Of a stretch of 26,354 bases of DNA, positions 17,670-26,354 are shown in pieces; position 1 is the stretch's first letter, and every line of letters begins with the position of its first letter. This DNA comes from an uncultured Planctomycetia bacterium. GTDB taxonomy: Bacteria > Omnitrophota > Gorgyraeia > Kaelpiales > Kaelpiaceae. The stretch is from assembly GCA_964562345.1 (NCBI GenBank), contig CAZLTA010000001.1:1-26354 (forward strand), read 5' to 3'. The notes beneath the pieces were generated by a model that saw nothing but the letters and a program-made list of their open reading frames with translations, was not told where the DNA came from and did not search any database. The position numbers were made by a program, and so were the translations under genes.

Positions 17670-19391
17670 ATGGAAGATAAACTTTTAGCTTTAAGACATA
17701 GTGCAGCCCATATAATGGCTGATGCCGTAAAATCATTGTTTCCTGATGTCAGGCTGGGGATAGGCCCGGCTATAGAAAATGGTTTTTATTATGATTTTGA
17801 TTTAGAATATAGATTTACGCCCCAGGATTTAGAAAAAATTGAAAAGCAAATGAGCAGCATAATAAACAAAAACCATGTTTTTGAAAAAAAGGAACTGTCC
17901 AAAAAAGAAGCGGCTGCATTTTTTAAAGAACGGGGAGAAGATTACAAACTGGAGATTTTAGGAGAAATTGCCGAAGACCCAATTACGATATATAAGCACG
18001 GAGATTTTGTGGATTTATGCAAAGGTCCTCATATTAAACAAACAGGAGAGCTTGAGGCTTTTAAACTGCTTTCGATAGCCGGCGCTTACTGGAGAGGGGA
18101 TGAATCCAATAAAATGCTGCAGCGAATTTACGGCACCGCATTTTTTACAGAGCAGGAATTAGAAGAGTATGTAGAAAAATTGCAGGAGGCGGGGAAGCGC
18201 GACCATAGAAAATTAGGAAAAGAATTAGGTTTGTTTGCATTCTTTGAAGAAGCAGGTCCGGGGCTGGTGTTCTATCTGCCCCGGGGTGCGGTTTTAAGGA
18301 GAATAATCGAGAGCTATATTTTTGAGAAACATATGAAAAGGGATTATCAAATAGTTATGACTCCGCAAATTTTGAAATCGGATGTTTGGAAACGTTCCGG
18401 GCATTACGATTACTATAAAGAAAACATGTATATATTTCAGGCTGATAATACGGAATATGCCATAAAACCTATGAACTGTCCGGGGCATATCATGATTTAT
18501 AAATCACAGCGCCACAGTTACAGAGAACTTCCTATAAGAATGTTTGAAGCCGGCACAGTGTATAGACATGAAAAGACAGGCGTTCTGCACGGACTTTTAA
18601 GAGTGCGGGGTTTTACTCAGGATGATGCCCATATATTTTGCCGCAAGGACCAGTTGCAGAAAGAAATAGTAGATGTTATTATTTTTACCAAAGAGATCAT
18701 GGATGATTTCGGGTTTAAAGAATTTGGAATCGAACTCAGCACGCGGCCCGAAGGTTCTATTGGAACAGACGAACAGTGGCAGAAAGCAACAGATGCATTA
18801 AAGAGTTCTTTAAAAGAACTTAAGTTGGATTATGATATATGTGAAGGAGAAGGAGCTTTTTACGGGCCCAAGATAGATATAAAACTCAAGGATGCTTTGG
18901 GACGGCTCTGGCAATGCGCGACTATTCAATGCGATTTTGCAGGGCCGGAAAGGTTTGATGTTACATACATCGGAGAGGATGGAAAAAATTCCCGGGCCAT
19001 AATGCTGCACAGGGCTATTCTGGGAAGTTTGGAGCGTTTTATAGGAACTTTGATTGAACATTACGCCGGGGATTTTCCTCTCTGGCTGGCTCCGGAGCAG
19101 GTGCGTGTACTTACAGTTTCGGAAAAAAACCTTGCATATGGCGAGAATTTAAAGAAAATATTAGAACAGGAGAATATCCGTGCCGGGATTGACAGGAAAG
19201 GAGAGACTTTAGGCTATAAAATAAGGCGGGCAGAGCTGGAAAAAATTCCTTATCTGTTGATTTGCGGTAAGAGAGAAGAAGAAACTAAAACAGTATCTCT
19301 TCGCTCTAGAAAAAACGGAGACGAAGGGAGTGTTAAATTGGAGGGTTTAATGAAAAAATTAAAAGAAGAAGCCTATGGTAAAACCGTATAA
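17670..19391 (+). CDS. thrS: Threonine--tRNA ligase, short form without the N-terminal TGS domain
   Basis: RHSAAH editing motif, DLCKGPH, RDHRKLG, KPMNCPGH, GLLRVRGFTQDDAH, GEGAFYGPKID, HRAILGSLERF, PLWLAPEQV. Confidence 0.98.
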   Translation: MEDKLLALRHSAAHIMADAVKSLFPDVRLGIGPAIENGFYYDFDLEYRFTPQDLEKIEKQMSSIINKNHVFEKKELSKKEAAAFFKERGEDYKLEILGEIAEDPITIYKHGDFVDLCKGPHIKQTGELEAFKLLSIAGAYWRGDESNKMLQRIYGTAFFTEQELEEYVEKLQEAGKRDHRKLGKELGLFAFFEEAGPGLVFYLPRGAVLRRIIESYIFEKHMKRDYQIVMTPQILKSDVWKRSGHYDYYKENMYIFQADNTEYAIKPMNCPGHIMIYKSQRHSYRELPIRMFEAGTVYRHEKTGVLHGLLRVRGFTQDDAHIFCRKDQLQKEIVDVIIFTKEIMDDFGFKEFGIELSTRPEGSIGTDEQWQKATDALKSSLKELKLDYDICEGEGAFYGPKIDIKLKDALGRLWQCATIQCDFAGPERFDVTYIGEDGKNSRAIMLHRAILGSLERFIGTLIEHYAGDFPLWLAPEQVRVLTVSEKNLAYGENLKKILEQENIRAGIDRKGETLGYKIRRAELEKIPYLLICGKREEETKTVSLRSRKNGDEGSVKLEGLMKKLKEEAYGKTV

Positions 19392-19923
19392 TCGGGATAA
19401 TAGCAGACCCCAACACAGGGTAAGAACTAATATTAATCGCTGGATTAAAGCAGAAAGGATAAGGTTAATAGATGCAGATGGAACTCAAATCGGGATTGTT
19501 CCTCTGGAAGAAGGGCTCAAGATGGCGGAGCAGCAGGGCCTGGATTTAGTCGAAGTTGTTCCGCAGGCAACCCCGCCGGTTTGCCGGGTTTTGGATTTTA
19601 ACAAGTTTAAATATCAACAGGAGAAAAGAGAAAAAGAAGCCAAGAAGAAGCAAAAACATGTGCATTTTAAAGAAGTACGCTTAAAGCCGAGGATTGAAAC
19701 GCATGATTACCAGGTGAAGATTAAAAAAATAAAAGGTTTCTTAGAAAAAGGAGACCGTGTTAAAATACGCTTGTTTTTCAGAGGGCGGGAAATGGCTCAT
19801 CCTGAGCTGGGCAATAATTTGATGAAAAAATTATTAGAAGACATTCAGGATACAGCGAGTGTAGAAAAGCCGCCTGTCAAAGAGGGCAGGAATATTATTT
19901 GTGTTGTGTTTCCAAAGCATTAG
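19375..19923 (+). CDS. infC: Translation initiation factor IF-3
   Basis: IN..I....IRLI...G..IG, LDLVEV.P...PPVCRVLDF.KFKY, KEVRLKP.I..HDY, FRGRE. Start codon uncertain. Confidence 0.96.
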   Translation: MVKPYNRDNSRPQHRVRTNINRWIKAERIRLIDADGTQIGIVPLEEGLKMAEQQGLDLVEVVPQATPPVCRVLDFNKFKYQQEKREKEAKKKQKHVHFKEVRLKPRIETHDYQVKIKKIKGFLEKGDRVKIRLFFRGREMAHPELGNNLMKKLLEDIQDTASVEKPPVKEGRNIICVVFPKH

Positions 19924-19932
19924 GAGGAAAAC

Positions 19933-20130
19933 ATGCCGAAGTTAAAAACAAGAAAGGCTGCTAAAAAAAGATTAAAAGTTACAAGTTCGGGAAAGATTAA
20001 AAGAGCCAAAGCGGGCAAAAGACATCTTATGAGGAAAAAGAATTCCAAAAGAAGGCTCGATTTAAAAAAAGGGGCATATGTAAGCAAGGTCGAAGAGAAA
20101 AAAATCAAAGGAATGCTTCCATATGCATGA
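19933..20130 (+). CDS. rpmI: 50S ribosomal protein L35
   Basis: MPKLKTRKAAKKRLKVTSSGKIKR..AGKRHL. SD AGGAGG. Confidence 0.96.
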   Translation: MPKLKTRKAAKKRLKVTSSGKIKRAKAGKRHLMRKKNSKRRLDLKKGAYVSKVEEKKIKGMLPYA

Positions 20131-20154
20131 AAGTAGAAGAGGAGGTAACAAATA

Positions 20155-20514
20155 ATGGCAAGGGTTACTTGTGCACCGGCAAGACGGAAGAGACATAGCA
20201 AGATTTTAAAAATGGCAAAAGGTTACCGGGGGGGGAGAGGAAAGCTTTATAGAACAGCGCTGGAGACTGTGAAGAGAGCGCTGGTTTACAGTTATAGAGA
20301 TAGAAAAGTAAGAAAGCGGCTTTTCCGCAGATTATGGATAACCAGAATTTCTGTTGCCTGTAAAAACGAAGGAATTTCTTACAGCAAGTTTATTGATGGA
20401 TTAAATAAAGCAGGTATTCAGATGGACAGGAAAAATTTAGCCGAAATGGCAGTCAATGATTTGGACGGATTTAAAAAAATTGCTGCTGCTGCTAAAGAGC
20501 AGATTACCGATTAA
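20155..20514 (+). CDS. rplT: 50S ribosomal protein L20
   Basis: [49 protein letters not shown]. Confidence 0.97.
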   Translation: MARVTCAPARRKRHSKILKMAKGYRGGRGKLYRTALETVKRALVYSYRDRKVRKRLFRRLWITRISVACKNEGISYSKFIDGLNKAGIQMDRKNLAEMAVNDLDGFKKIAAAAKEQITD

Positions 20515-21812
20515 TGCAAATAAAGCCTGCACGGATAATAGCTTTAAGTTTTCTGACTGCGATATCCATAGGAACACTTTTACTGCTTTTACCGATTTCA
20601 ACACATAGCGGGATAACTTTTATTGATGCGTTTTTTACGGCAGCTTCTGCGGTCTGCGTTACAGGTCTTACTGTCAGAAATATAGGCACATTTTTCACAT
20701 CCTTCGGCCAAAGCGTAATTTTAATATTGTTCCAGCTGGGGGGATTGGGAATAATGGCTTTCTCGACCATGTTTGCTTTAATGTTAGGCCGGCGGATTAC
20801 TATTAAAGACCGGCGTACTTTGAGTGTTGTTTTTGAAAATATAGAAGTAGATGCAGGAGTTCTTTTAAAATGGATGTTTGTTTTTACGTTTATTATTGAA
20901 GGACTGGGAGTTGTGTTTTTAAACTTCTACTGGCATGATTCAGGCATTTTTTTCGCCCTCTTTCACTCTGTCTCGGCATTTTGCAACGCAGGGTTTTCTC
21001 TTTTTTCAACAAGCCTTCAGGGTATGCGTTCGGATGTATTGATGAATTTAGTTTTTATTTTCCTGATTATTGCCGGAGGGATAGGCTTTTTGGTTTTGTA
21101 TGATTTGGGCAGATATTTTAAGAGCAGGCTGTTAAAGAAAGATGCGCGGTTGACCCTGCATACAAAAATGGTATTGGTCATAACCTCGGCATTGTTAATA
21201 ACCGGTGCAGTTTTCCTTTTTGCTTCGGAATATCAAGGGGTGCTTAAAGGGCTCGGCTTAAAAAGCAAAATATTAGCTTCCTGTTTTCAGTCTGTAACAG
21301 CGCGTACAGCCGGTTTTAATACTGTTTCAATTGACCAATTGAAACCAGGTTCCAAACTGCTGCTTTCAATGCTTATGTTTATCGGCGCTTCTCCCGGTTC
21401 TACCGGCGGAGGAATAAAGACAGTAACATTCGGGCTTATTCTTTTAGGAATTGTGGCTATTTTGAGAGGCAAAAATCAAATCAGGTTTTTCAACAGGGCC
21501 ATACCGCTTGATCTTTTTGAAAAAGCGGTTGTAATTTTTGCTTTAAGTATATCGTGGGTACTATTTGCGACTCTGGTCCTGGTTTTTACGGAGCAGCAGA
21601 ATGTCTTAAATATAGTATTTGAAATCATTTCTGCTTTTGGAACTGTCGGGCTGTCTTGCGGTATAACTGCCAAATTGACCGTGGTAGGGAAATTAATTAT
21701 AATTTTAACCATGTTCTTTGGCAGAATCGGGCCGATGACTCTTGCAATCGCGCTTGCAAAGAGGCAGGAAGGGAATTTTAAACTGCCGGAAGAAAATGTA
21801 ATGGTTGGTTAA
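20514..21812 (+). CDS. ktrB: KtrB/TrkH-family potassium uptake membrane subunit
   Basis: Multi-TM protein with four pore-loop Gly motifs (SAVCVTGL, SAFCNAGF, TARTAGF, SAFGTVGLS), plus ASPGSTGGGIK and MFFGRIGP. Confidence 0.92.
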   Translation: MQIKPARIIALSFLTAISIGTLLLLLPISTHSGITFIDAFFTAASAVCVTGLTVRNIGTFFTSFGQSVILILFQLGGLGIMAFSTMFALMLGRRITIKDRRTLSVVFENIEVDAGVLLKWMFVFTFIIEGLGVVFLNFYWHDSGIFFALFHSVSAFCNAGFSLFSTSLQGMRSDVLMNLVFIFLIIAGGIGFLVLYDLGRYFKSRLLKKDARLTLHTKMVLVITSALLITGAVFLFASEYQGVLKGLGLKSKILASCFQSVTARTAGFNTVSIDQLKPGSKLLLSMLMFIGASPGSTGGGIKTVTFGLILLGIVAILRGKNQIRFFNRAIPLDLFEKAVVIFALSISWVLFATLVLVFTEQQNVLNIVFEIISAFGTVGLSCGITAKLTVVGKLIIILTMFFGRIGPMTLAIALAKRQEGNFKLPEENVMVG

Positions 21813-21840
21813 AAGACTATAGAAAAACGAGGAGAATATC

Positions 21841-22494
21841 ATGAGACAATATGCTGTAATCGGACTTGGGAAATTCGGGCAGAGCGTAGCGCTTACATTG
21901 GCGAAAAACGAAGAACAAGTTATAGGAATCGATTTTAAAGAAGAAGTAATTGCGCAGCTTGCTGACAAACTTGCTCATGCTGTGCAGGCAGATGCCAGAA
22001 ACGAAAAGACGTTAAGGACACTGGGTATTCAGGACGTGGATGTGGCAATTGTTTCGGTAGGAAGTAATTTTGAAGCCAGCGTTTTAATTACCCTGGCGCT
22101 TAAAGAGCTGGGTATTGAAGAGATTGTTGTGAAAGCCAATTCCGAAGAGCAGGTTAAGGTGCTTGAAAAAATAGGCGCCAGCCGGGTAATTCAGCCCGAA
22201 AGAGACATGGGGATAAGGCTTGCCAAATCTTTGGTTTCACCCCGTATCATCGACCATATAGAATTGTCCAGTGACTACAGCCTGCTGGAAATGACGCCGC
22301 CTCAGGATTTTATCGGCAAGTCGTTAAAAGAACTGAATGTCAGGGCACAGTACGGTATAAATGTTATTGCAGTAAAACATGAACATGGAGAAATAGATAT
22401 TGCGCCCCAGGCAGAGCATGTGATTAAAAAAGGAGATTTGTTGGTTGTTGTAGGTAAAAACAAAGATATAGAAAAAGTGAAAAAGAAAACGTGA
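21841..22494 (+). CDS. ktrA: KtrA/TrkA-family RCK regulatory subunit
   Basis: Rossmann motif VIGLGKFG, VIQPERDMG.RLA, and an RCK_C domain (GKSLKELNVRAQYGINVIAV, GDLLVVVG). Confidence 0.92.
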   Translation: MRQYAVIGLGKFGQSVALTLAKNEEQVIGIDFKEEVIAQLADKLAHAVQADARNEKTLRTLGIQDVDVAIVSVGSNFEASVLITLALKELGIEEIVVKANSEEQVKVLEKIGASRVIQPERDMGIRLAKSLVSPRIIDHIELSSDYSLLEMTPPQDFIGKSLKELNVRAQYGINVIAVKHEHGEIDIAPQAEHVIKKGDLLVVVGKNKDIEKVKKKT

Positions 22495-23507
22495 ACGTTT
22501 TAGATATTCAAAACATACTGACAGAGGCTGCGGAAAAAATTAATCAGGCAAACGGGTTAAGCGAGCTTGAGGAAATAAAACATTTTTTTCTGGGCAGGAA
22601 AGGTGAAATTGCCCGGATAATAAAGCAAATTCCGGAGCTGCCAGAAGGTAAGAGGCCTTCAGCAGGTAAAGAAGCGAATATCGTAAAAAATAAAATTCAG
22701 GTATTGCTTCAAAACAGGGTTCAGCAGTTAAAAACAGTAAAAGAGAAATCTCAAAAAACAGATATTTCCCTGCCCGGCATTAAAAAAGAACTCGGCAGAA
22801 GACATCCGATTACAATAGTAATAGATGAAATTTGCAAAATATTTGAACATATCGGGTTTACCGTAGTAGAAGGCCCTGAAATAGAGACAGATTACTATAA
22901 TTTTAAAGCTTTAAATATCCCTGAAGGACATCCTGCCAGGGATGATCTGGCAACCTTTTATCTGCCTTTTGAGAATACTCTTTTGCGTTCTCAGACTTCG
23001 CCTGTGCAGGTGAGAATTATGAAAGAGGTCAAACCCCCTCTAAGAGTTTTGTCTCCCGGAAAAGTGTTCAGGCCCGATAATCTAGATGCCAGCCATTCTT
23101 TTATGTTCCATCAAATAGAGGGTCTTGTCGTTGATAAAGAAACAAATTTTGCACATCTTAAGACAGCTTTATCTTATTTCATAAAGAAATTTTTCGGAGA
23201 AGATGTTGCCATGAGATTCAGGCCCCATTATTTCCCTTTCACAGAACCTTCGGCGGAAGTAGATATTTCCTGTATTATATGCGGCGGTAAAGGGTGCTCT
23301 GTCTGCGGCAGAAAGGGCTGGCTTGAAATTCTCGGTGCGGGTATGGTGCATCCGAATGTTTTAAAAGAAGTAGGCATAGATGCTTCTGTATTCCAGGGTT
23401 TTGCCTTTGGATTGGGTATTGAGCGGATTGCGATGCTTAAATATGGAATCAATGATATCAGATTGTTTTTTAATAATGACAAGAGGTTTTTAAAACAATT
23501 TGCATGA
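22491..23507 (+). CDS. pheS: Phenylalanine--tRNA ligase alpha subunit
   Basis: HPARD, LLRSQTSPVQ, PGKVFR, HSFMFHQIEG, FRPHYFPFTEPSAEVD, GWLEILGAGMVHPNV, FGLGIER. Confidence 0.98.
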   Translation: MNVLDIQNILTEAAEKINQANGLSELEEIKHFFLGRKGEIARIIKQIPELPEGKRPSAGKEANIVKNKIQVLLQNRVQQLKTVKEKSQKTDISLPGIKKELGRRHPITIVIDEICKIFEHIGFTVVEGPEIETDYYNFKALNIPEGHPARDDLATFYLPFENTLLRSQTSPVQVRIMKEVKPPLRVLSPGKVFRPDNLDASHSFMFHQIEGLVVDKETNFAHLKTALSYFIKKFFGEDVAMRFRPHYFPFTEPSAEVDISCIICGGKGCSVCGRKGWLEILGAGMVHPNVLKEVGIDASVFQGFAFGLGIERIAMLKYGINDIRLFFNNDKRFLKQFA

Positions 23508-25582
23508 AAGTTTTATTGTCCTGGTTAAAAGATTTTGTCGATATAGATGTCTCAGTGCAAAAACTTGCAGACACGCTTACTATAGGCGGTTTGGAAGTGG
23601 GAGATATTCAGCCGGCAGGGGCAGATTATGTCCTGGATATCGAAGTTACTCCCAACAGGCCGGATTGTCTTTCTATTATGGGAGCAGCACGCGAATGCGC
23701 TGTGGGGTTAAACAAAACATTTATTCCGCATAGGCTGGTGTTTCTGCCTAAAACATCCATGGCTTATATTAAGGAAACTGAATTTGGAGTCAAAATAAAA
23801 GCACAGGAAGCATGCCTGCGGTATATCGGGAAAGTGTTACTGGATGTAGACATAGCTCCGTCTCCGGATTTCATACGGGAGAGATTGGAAAAAATCGGCC
23901 TGCGGTCCATAAATAATGTTGTAGATATAACCAATTATATTCTGATTGAGACAGGCCAGCCCATGCATGCTTTTGATTACGACAAAATTCAAGGTAAACA
24001 AATAGTTGTAAGATTTGCCAGAGAAGGCGAGAAGATAATTACTATAGATGATGAGGAGAGACAATTATCGAAACGGGATCTGGTTATTGCAGACAGCAGG
24101 AGGCCTATAGCCCTGGCAGGAATTATGGGCGGGCGGGATACAGAAGTAACGTCAAAAACGAAAAAAGTTGTTTTAGAAAGCGCTTTTTTCCACCCCCAAA
24201 CGATAAGAGAGACTGCCCAAAGGCATGCTTTAACTACAGAAGCTTCCTACAGGTTTGAAAGAGGGGTTGACTTTCCGATGGTAGATACTGCTTCCGTATA
24301 TGCCGTGGATTTAATACGCAGATATGCATCAAAAGACAGCAGTAAGCCAACAGTGGTTATAGATAAAGCTATAGATGTGATAACAAAACAAGTGCCGCTT
24401 TCTTCCAAGGTTATTTTGAAATACAAAGATATAGAGAAAGTACTCGGCATTATGCCTTCTGCATTTTGGATCCGCAGATTAATCAAAAACCTGGGGTGTG
24501 AAATAGCCGCTGTTTCTAAGGAAGGCCTTAAAATTCAGGCGCCGAGTTTTAGAGGAGACCTTAAAACAAGTATTGATTACATAGAAGAGATAGCACGGTT
24601 TTACGGCTATGATAAAATACCGGCGCAAAAGCTGCCCGAACTAATGGTTGAAAAAGAATCTGCCCTGGCAAATTTTAGCGAAACAGGGTTTGAGAACAGA
24701 ATCAGAGATATACTTGTTACAACAGGTTTGAGTGAGGTTATCACATATGCTTTGCTGTCCGAGGAGGAGATAGCGAGGTTTAAAATGAAAAAAGCTCTGT
24801 TTTTAAAAAATCCGCTGGCAAAAAGCTACTCGGCCCTGCGCCCCTCTATCCTGCCTTCGTTGCTTAAAGCAGCAGAATATAATTTTAACCGCGGGATTTA
24901 TGACCTTGCTGTTTTTGAGCTGGGCAAAATCTACTTGGATATAAACGGTAAGCCTGCGGAACGTAAGGTTGCAGGTGTTTTATTGTCCGGGAAGAAATAT
25001 CAGGATTACTTCGGTAATGAAATGGAATATAATTTTTATGATTTAAAATCTGTTATAGAAACCATCCTGGGTAATTTTGGAATAAATGATTATAGTATTA
25101 AAGAAACAAAACAGGTTTTTCTCTCCGGCAGCTGTTCGGCCAGGATTGATATGTCGGCTGAACAAGCCGCCATTTTAGGCGAAGCTTCGGATGAAGCGAA
25201 AGCGTATTATGATTTAAAGCGAGATATCTATATCGGTGAAGTCTATCTGGATACAATTAAGGAAGTAATGGAAGGAGAAATTCAGTATCATGAGGTTGGA
25301 CAATACCCGGCTGTCATTAGAGATATTTCTCTTCTTCTGTCCAAGGAAGTTCCTGCCGGCGAAATCATGAAACACATTGAAGGAAGAGATAGTTTAATTC
25401 GTGAAATAGAAGTAATAGATGTTTATGAAGGCAGACAGATTCCGCCTGATAAAAAGAGTATTACCATAAGAATAAAATTCCAATCCAATGAAAAAACCCT
25501 TAAGGATACAGAGGTTGATAAGATTTATGAAGAAGCAAAGGAAATTCTTTTAAGGGAATTGCCTTGTCAAATTAGAAAGTAA
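23504..25582 (+). CDS. pheT: Phenylalanine--tRNA ligase beta subunit, short form lacking the B2 OB-fold
   Basis: LSWLKDFV, EVTPNRPDCLS, INNVVDITNY...ETGQPMHAFD, ASYRFERG, DYIEEIARFYGY, and a C-terminal anticodon-binding domain (RDISL, DVYEG, KTLKD.EV). Confidence 0.97.
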   Translation: MKVLLSWLKDFVDIDVSVQKLADTLTIGGLEVGDIQPAGADYVLDIEVTPNRPDCLSIMGAARECAVGLNKTFIPHRLVFLPKTSMAYIKETEFGVKIKAQEACLRYIGKVLLDVDIAPSPDFIRERLEKIGLRSINNVVDITNYILIETGQPMHAFDYDKIQGKQIVVRFAREGEKIITIDDEERQLSKRDLVIADSRRPIALAGIMGGRDTEVTSKTKKVVLESAFFHPQTIRETAQRHALTTEASYRFERGVDFPMVDTASVYAVDLIRRYASKDSSKPTVVIDKAIDVITKQVPLSSKVILKYKDIEKVLGIMPSAFWIRRLIKNLGCEIAAVSKEGLKIQAPSFRGDLKTSIDYIEEIARFYGYDKIPAQKLPELMVEKESALANFSETGFENRIRDILVTTGLSEVITYALLSEEEIARFKMKKALFLKNPLAKSYSALRPSILPSLLKAAEYNFNRGIYDLAVFELGKIYLDINGKPAERKVAGVLLSGKKYQDYFGNEMEYNFYDLKSVIETILGNFGINDYSIKETKQVFLSGSCSARIDMSAEQAAILGEASDEAKAYYDLKRDIYIGEVYLDTIKEVMEGEIQYHEVGQYPAVIRDISLLLSKEVPAGEIMKHIEGRDSLIREIEVIDVYEGRQIPPDKKSITIRIKFQSNEKTLKDTEVDKIYEEAKEILLRELPCQIRK

Positions 25583-25606
25583 GCTGCACAGTAACAGGAA
25601 TACTTT

Positions 25607-26354
25607 ATGCAAAGCTTGTTTCATTCTTCTCAAAAACACGGTTCTACTCTGGCGGTAAAGATGCGCCCGGATACACTTTCTGAGTTTGTCGGCCAGAAAC
25701 ACCTTCTGGGTGAAAACAAAATACTTAAAAGAGCTATTGATGCAGACAAAATAACCTCGCTTATTCTTTACGGCCCGCCGGGAAGCGGGAAAACTGCACT
25801 TGCTGCGATTATTCAGAATAAGACCCATGCGCATTTTATCCGGGTTAACGCTGTTGCTTCCAATGTAACTGAACTGCGCAGCATATTAAAACAGGCGGAG
25901 TATAGGCTTACCCGGGCAGGAGAAAGAACCCTGCTATTTATAGACGAAATACACAGGTTTAACAAAGCCCAGCAGGATATTCTGCTGCCGGACGTAGAAA
26001 GAGGCAACCCCATTTTAATAGCTGCTACTACGCACAATCCGTTTTTTGCATTAACTCCGCCGTTAATTTCACGTTCTTTGGTCTGTGAATTTAAGCTTTT
26101 AAGCGAAGAAGACATTTTAGAAATTTTAAAACGTGCGCTGGCAGATAAAGAAAAGGGATTAGGAGAATTGAATATTGACATAGCCGAAGATGTTTTACAG
26201 TTTTTTGCAAAAGTCTCCGACGGCGATGCGCGGCGCGCACTCAATGCTCTGGAAATTGCCTGCTGTACTACTCCGGAAAATGAAGCAGGACGGATAATCA
26301 TTGATTTAAATATTGCTCAGGAGTCTATTCAGAAAAAGGCTGTATTGTATGATA
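25607..26354 (+). CDS. rarA: Replication-associated recombination ATPase RarA/MgsA; runs off the window end
   Basis: Not in the ORF track; translated by hand: MQSLF...LAVKMRPDTLSEFVGQKHLLG, ILYGPPGSGKT, FIDEIHRFNKAQQDILLP, ATTHNPFF, GDARRALNALE. Confidence 0.93.
   Translation, partial: MQSLFHSSQKHGSTLAVKMRPDTLSEFVGQKHLLGENKILKRAIDADKITSLILYGPPGSGKTALAAIIQNKTHAHFIRVNAVASNVTELRSILKQAEYRLTRAGERTLLFIDEIHRFNKAQQDILLPDVERGNPILIAATTHNPFFALTPPLISRSLVCEFKLLSEEDILEILKRALADKEKGLGELNIDIAEDVLQFFAKVSDGDARRALNALEIACCTTPENEAGRIIIDLNIAQESIQKKAVLYD

Noticed and set aside
20228-20235. G8 tract in rplT (also A9 in parB and the T-run in glmS) as phase-variation sites
   Set aside because: They are in frame in core housekeeping genes and explained by Gly or Lys codons.
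25550-26301. Minus-strand ORFs of 94 and 162 aa at the window end
   Set aside because: Antisense to the clearly recognisable rarA frame, which the ORF track missed because it is truncated.

Overview
This is a gene-dense bacterial chromosomal replication-origin region made almost entirely of housekeeping genes. The left arm (minus strand) is dnaA-[oriC]-dnaN-dciA(DUF721)-gyrB-gyrA-tRNA-Glu-glmS (partial). The right arm (plus strand) is rpmH-rnpA-yidD-yidC-[parS-like]-parA-parB-ndk-yicC-remA(DUF370)-gmk-rpoZ-coaC-coaB-tRNA-Cys-tRNA-Leu-tRNA-Val-thrS-infC-rpmI-rplT-ktrB-ktrA-pheS-pheT-rarA (partial). The long periplasmic YidC and the GyrB insert suggest a diderm. Gene order and protein style resemble Ca. 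Omnitrophota/PVC-type genomes (inference from memory, not checked). I found no transposase, integrase, phage gene, CRISPR array or defence system, and no unexplained protein-coding gene. The unexplained signals are non-coding or overprinted on genes: (1) a 10-mer TGATACGGTT present six times exactly (four forward, two inverted) plus once with one mismatch within 250 bp of yidC; (2) two related 7-bp-periodic arrays, each next to a tRNA gene; (3) an 18-bp parS-like palindrome where the parA ribosome-binding site should be; (4) a Bacillus-like DnaA-box/DnaA-trio unwinding module in oriC; (5) a probably leaderless dnaA mRNA; (6) a ktrBA potassium-uptake pair overlapping rplT and pheS. None of these is established as a new system. 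The yidC array and the heptad arrays are the best candidates for follow-up.
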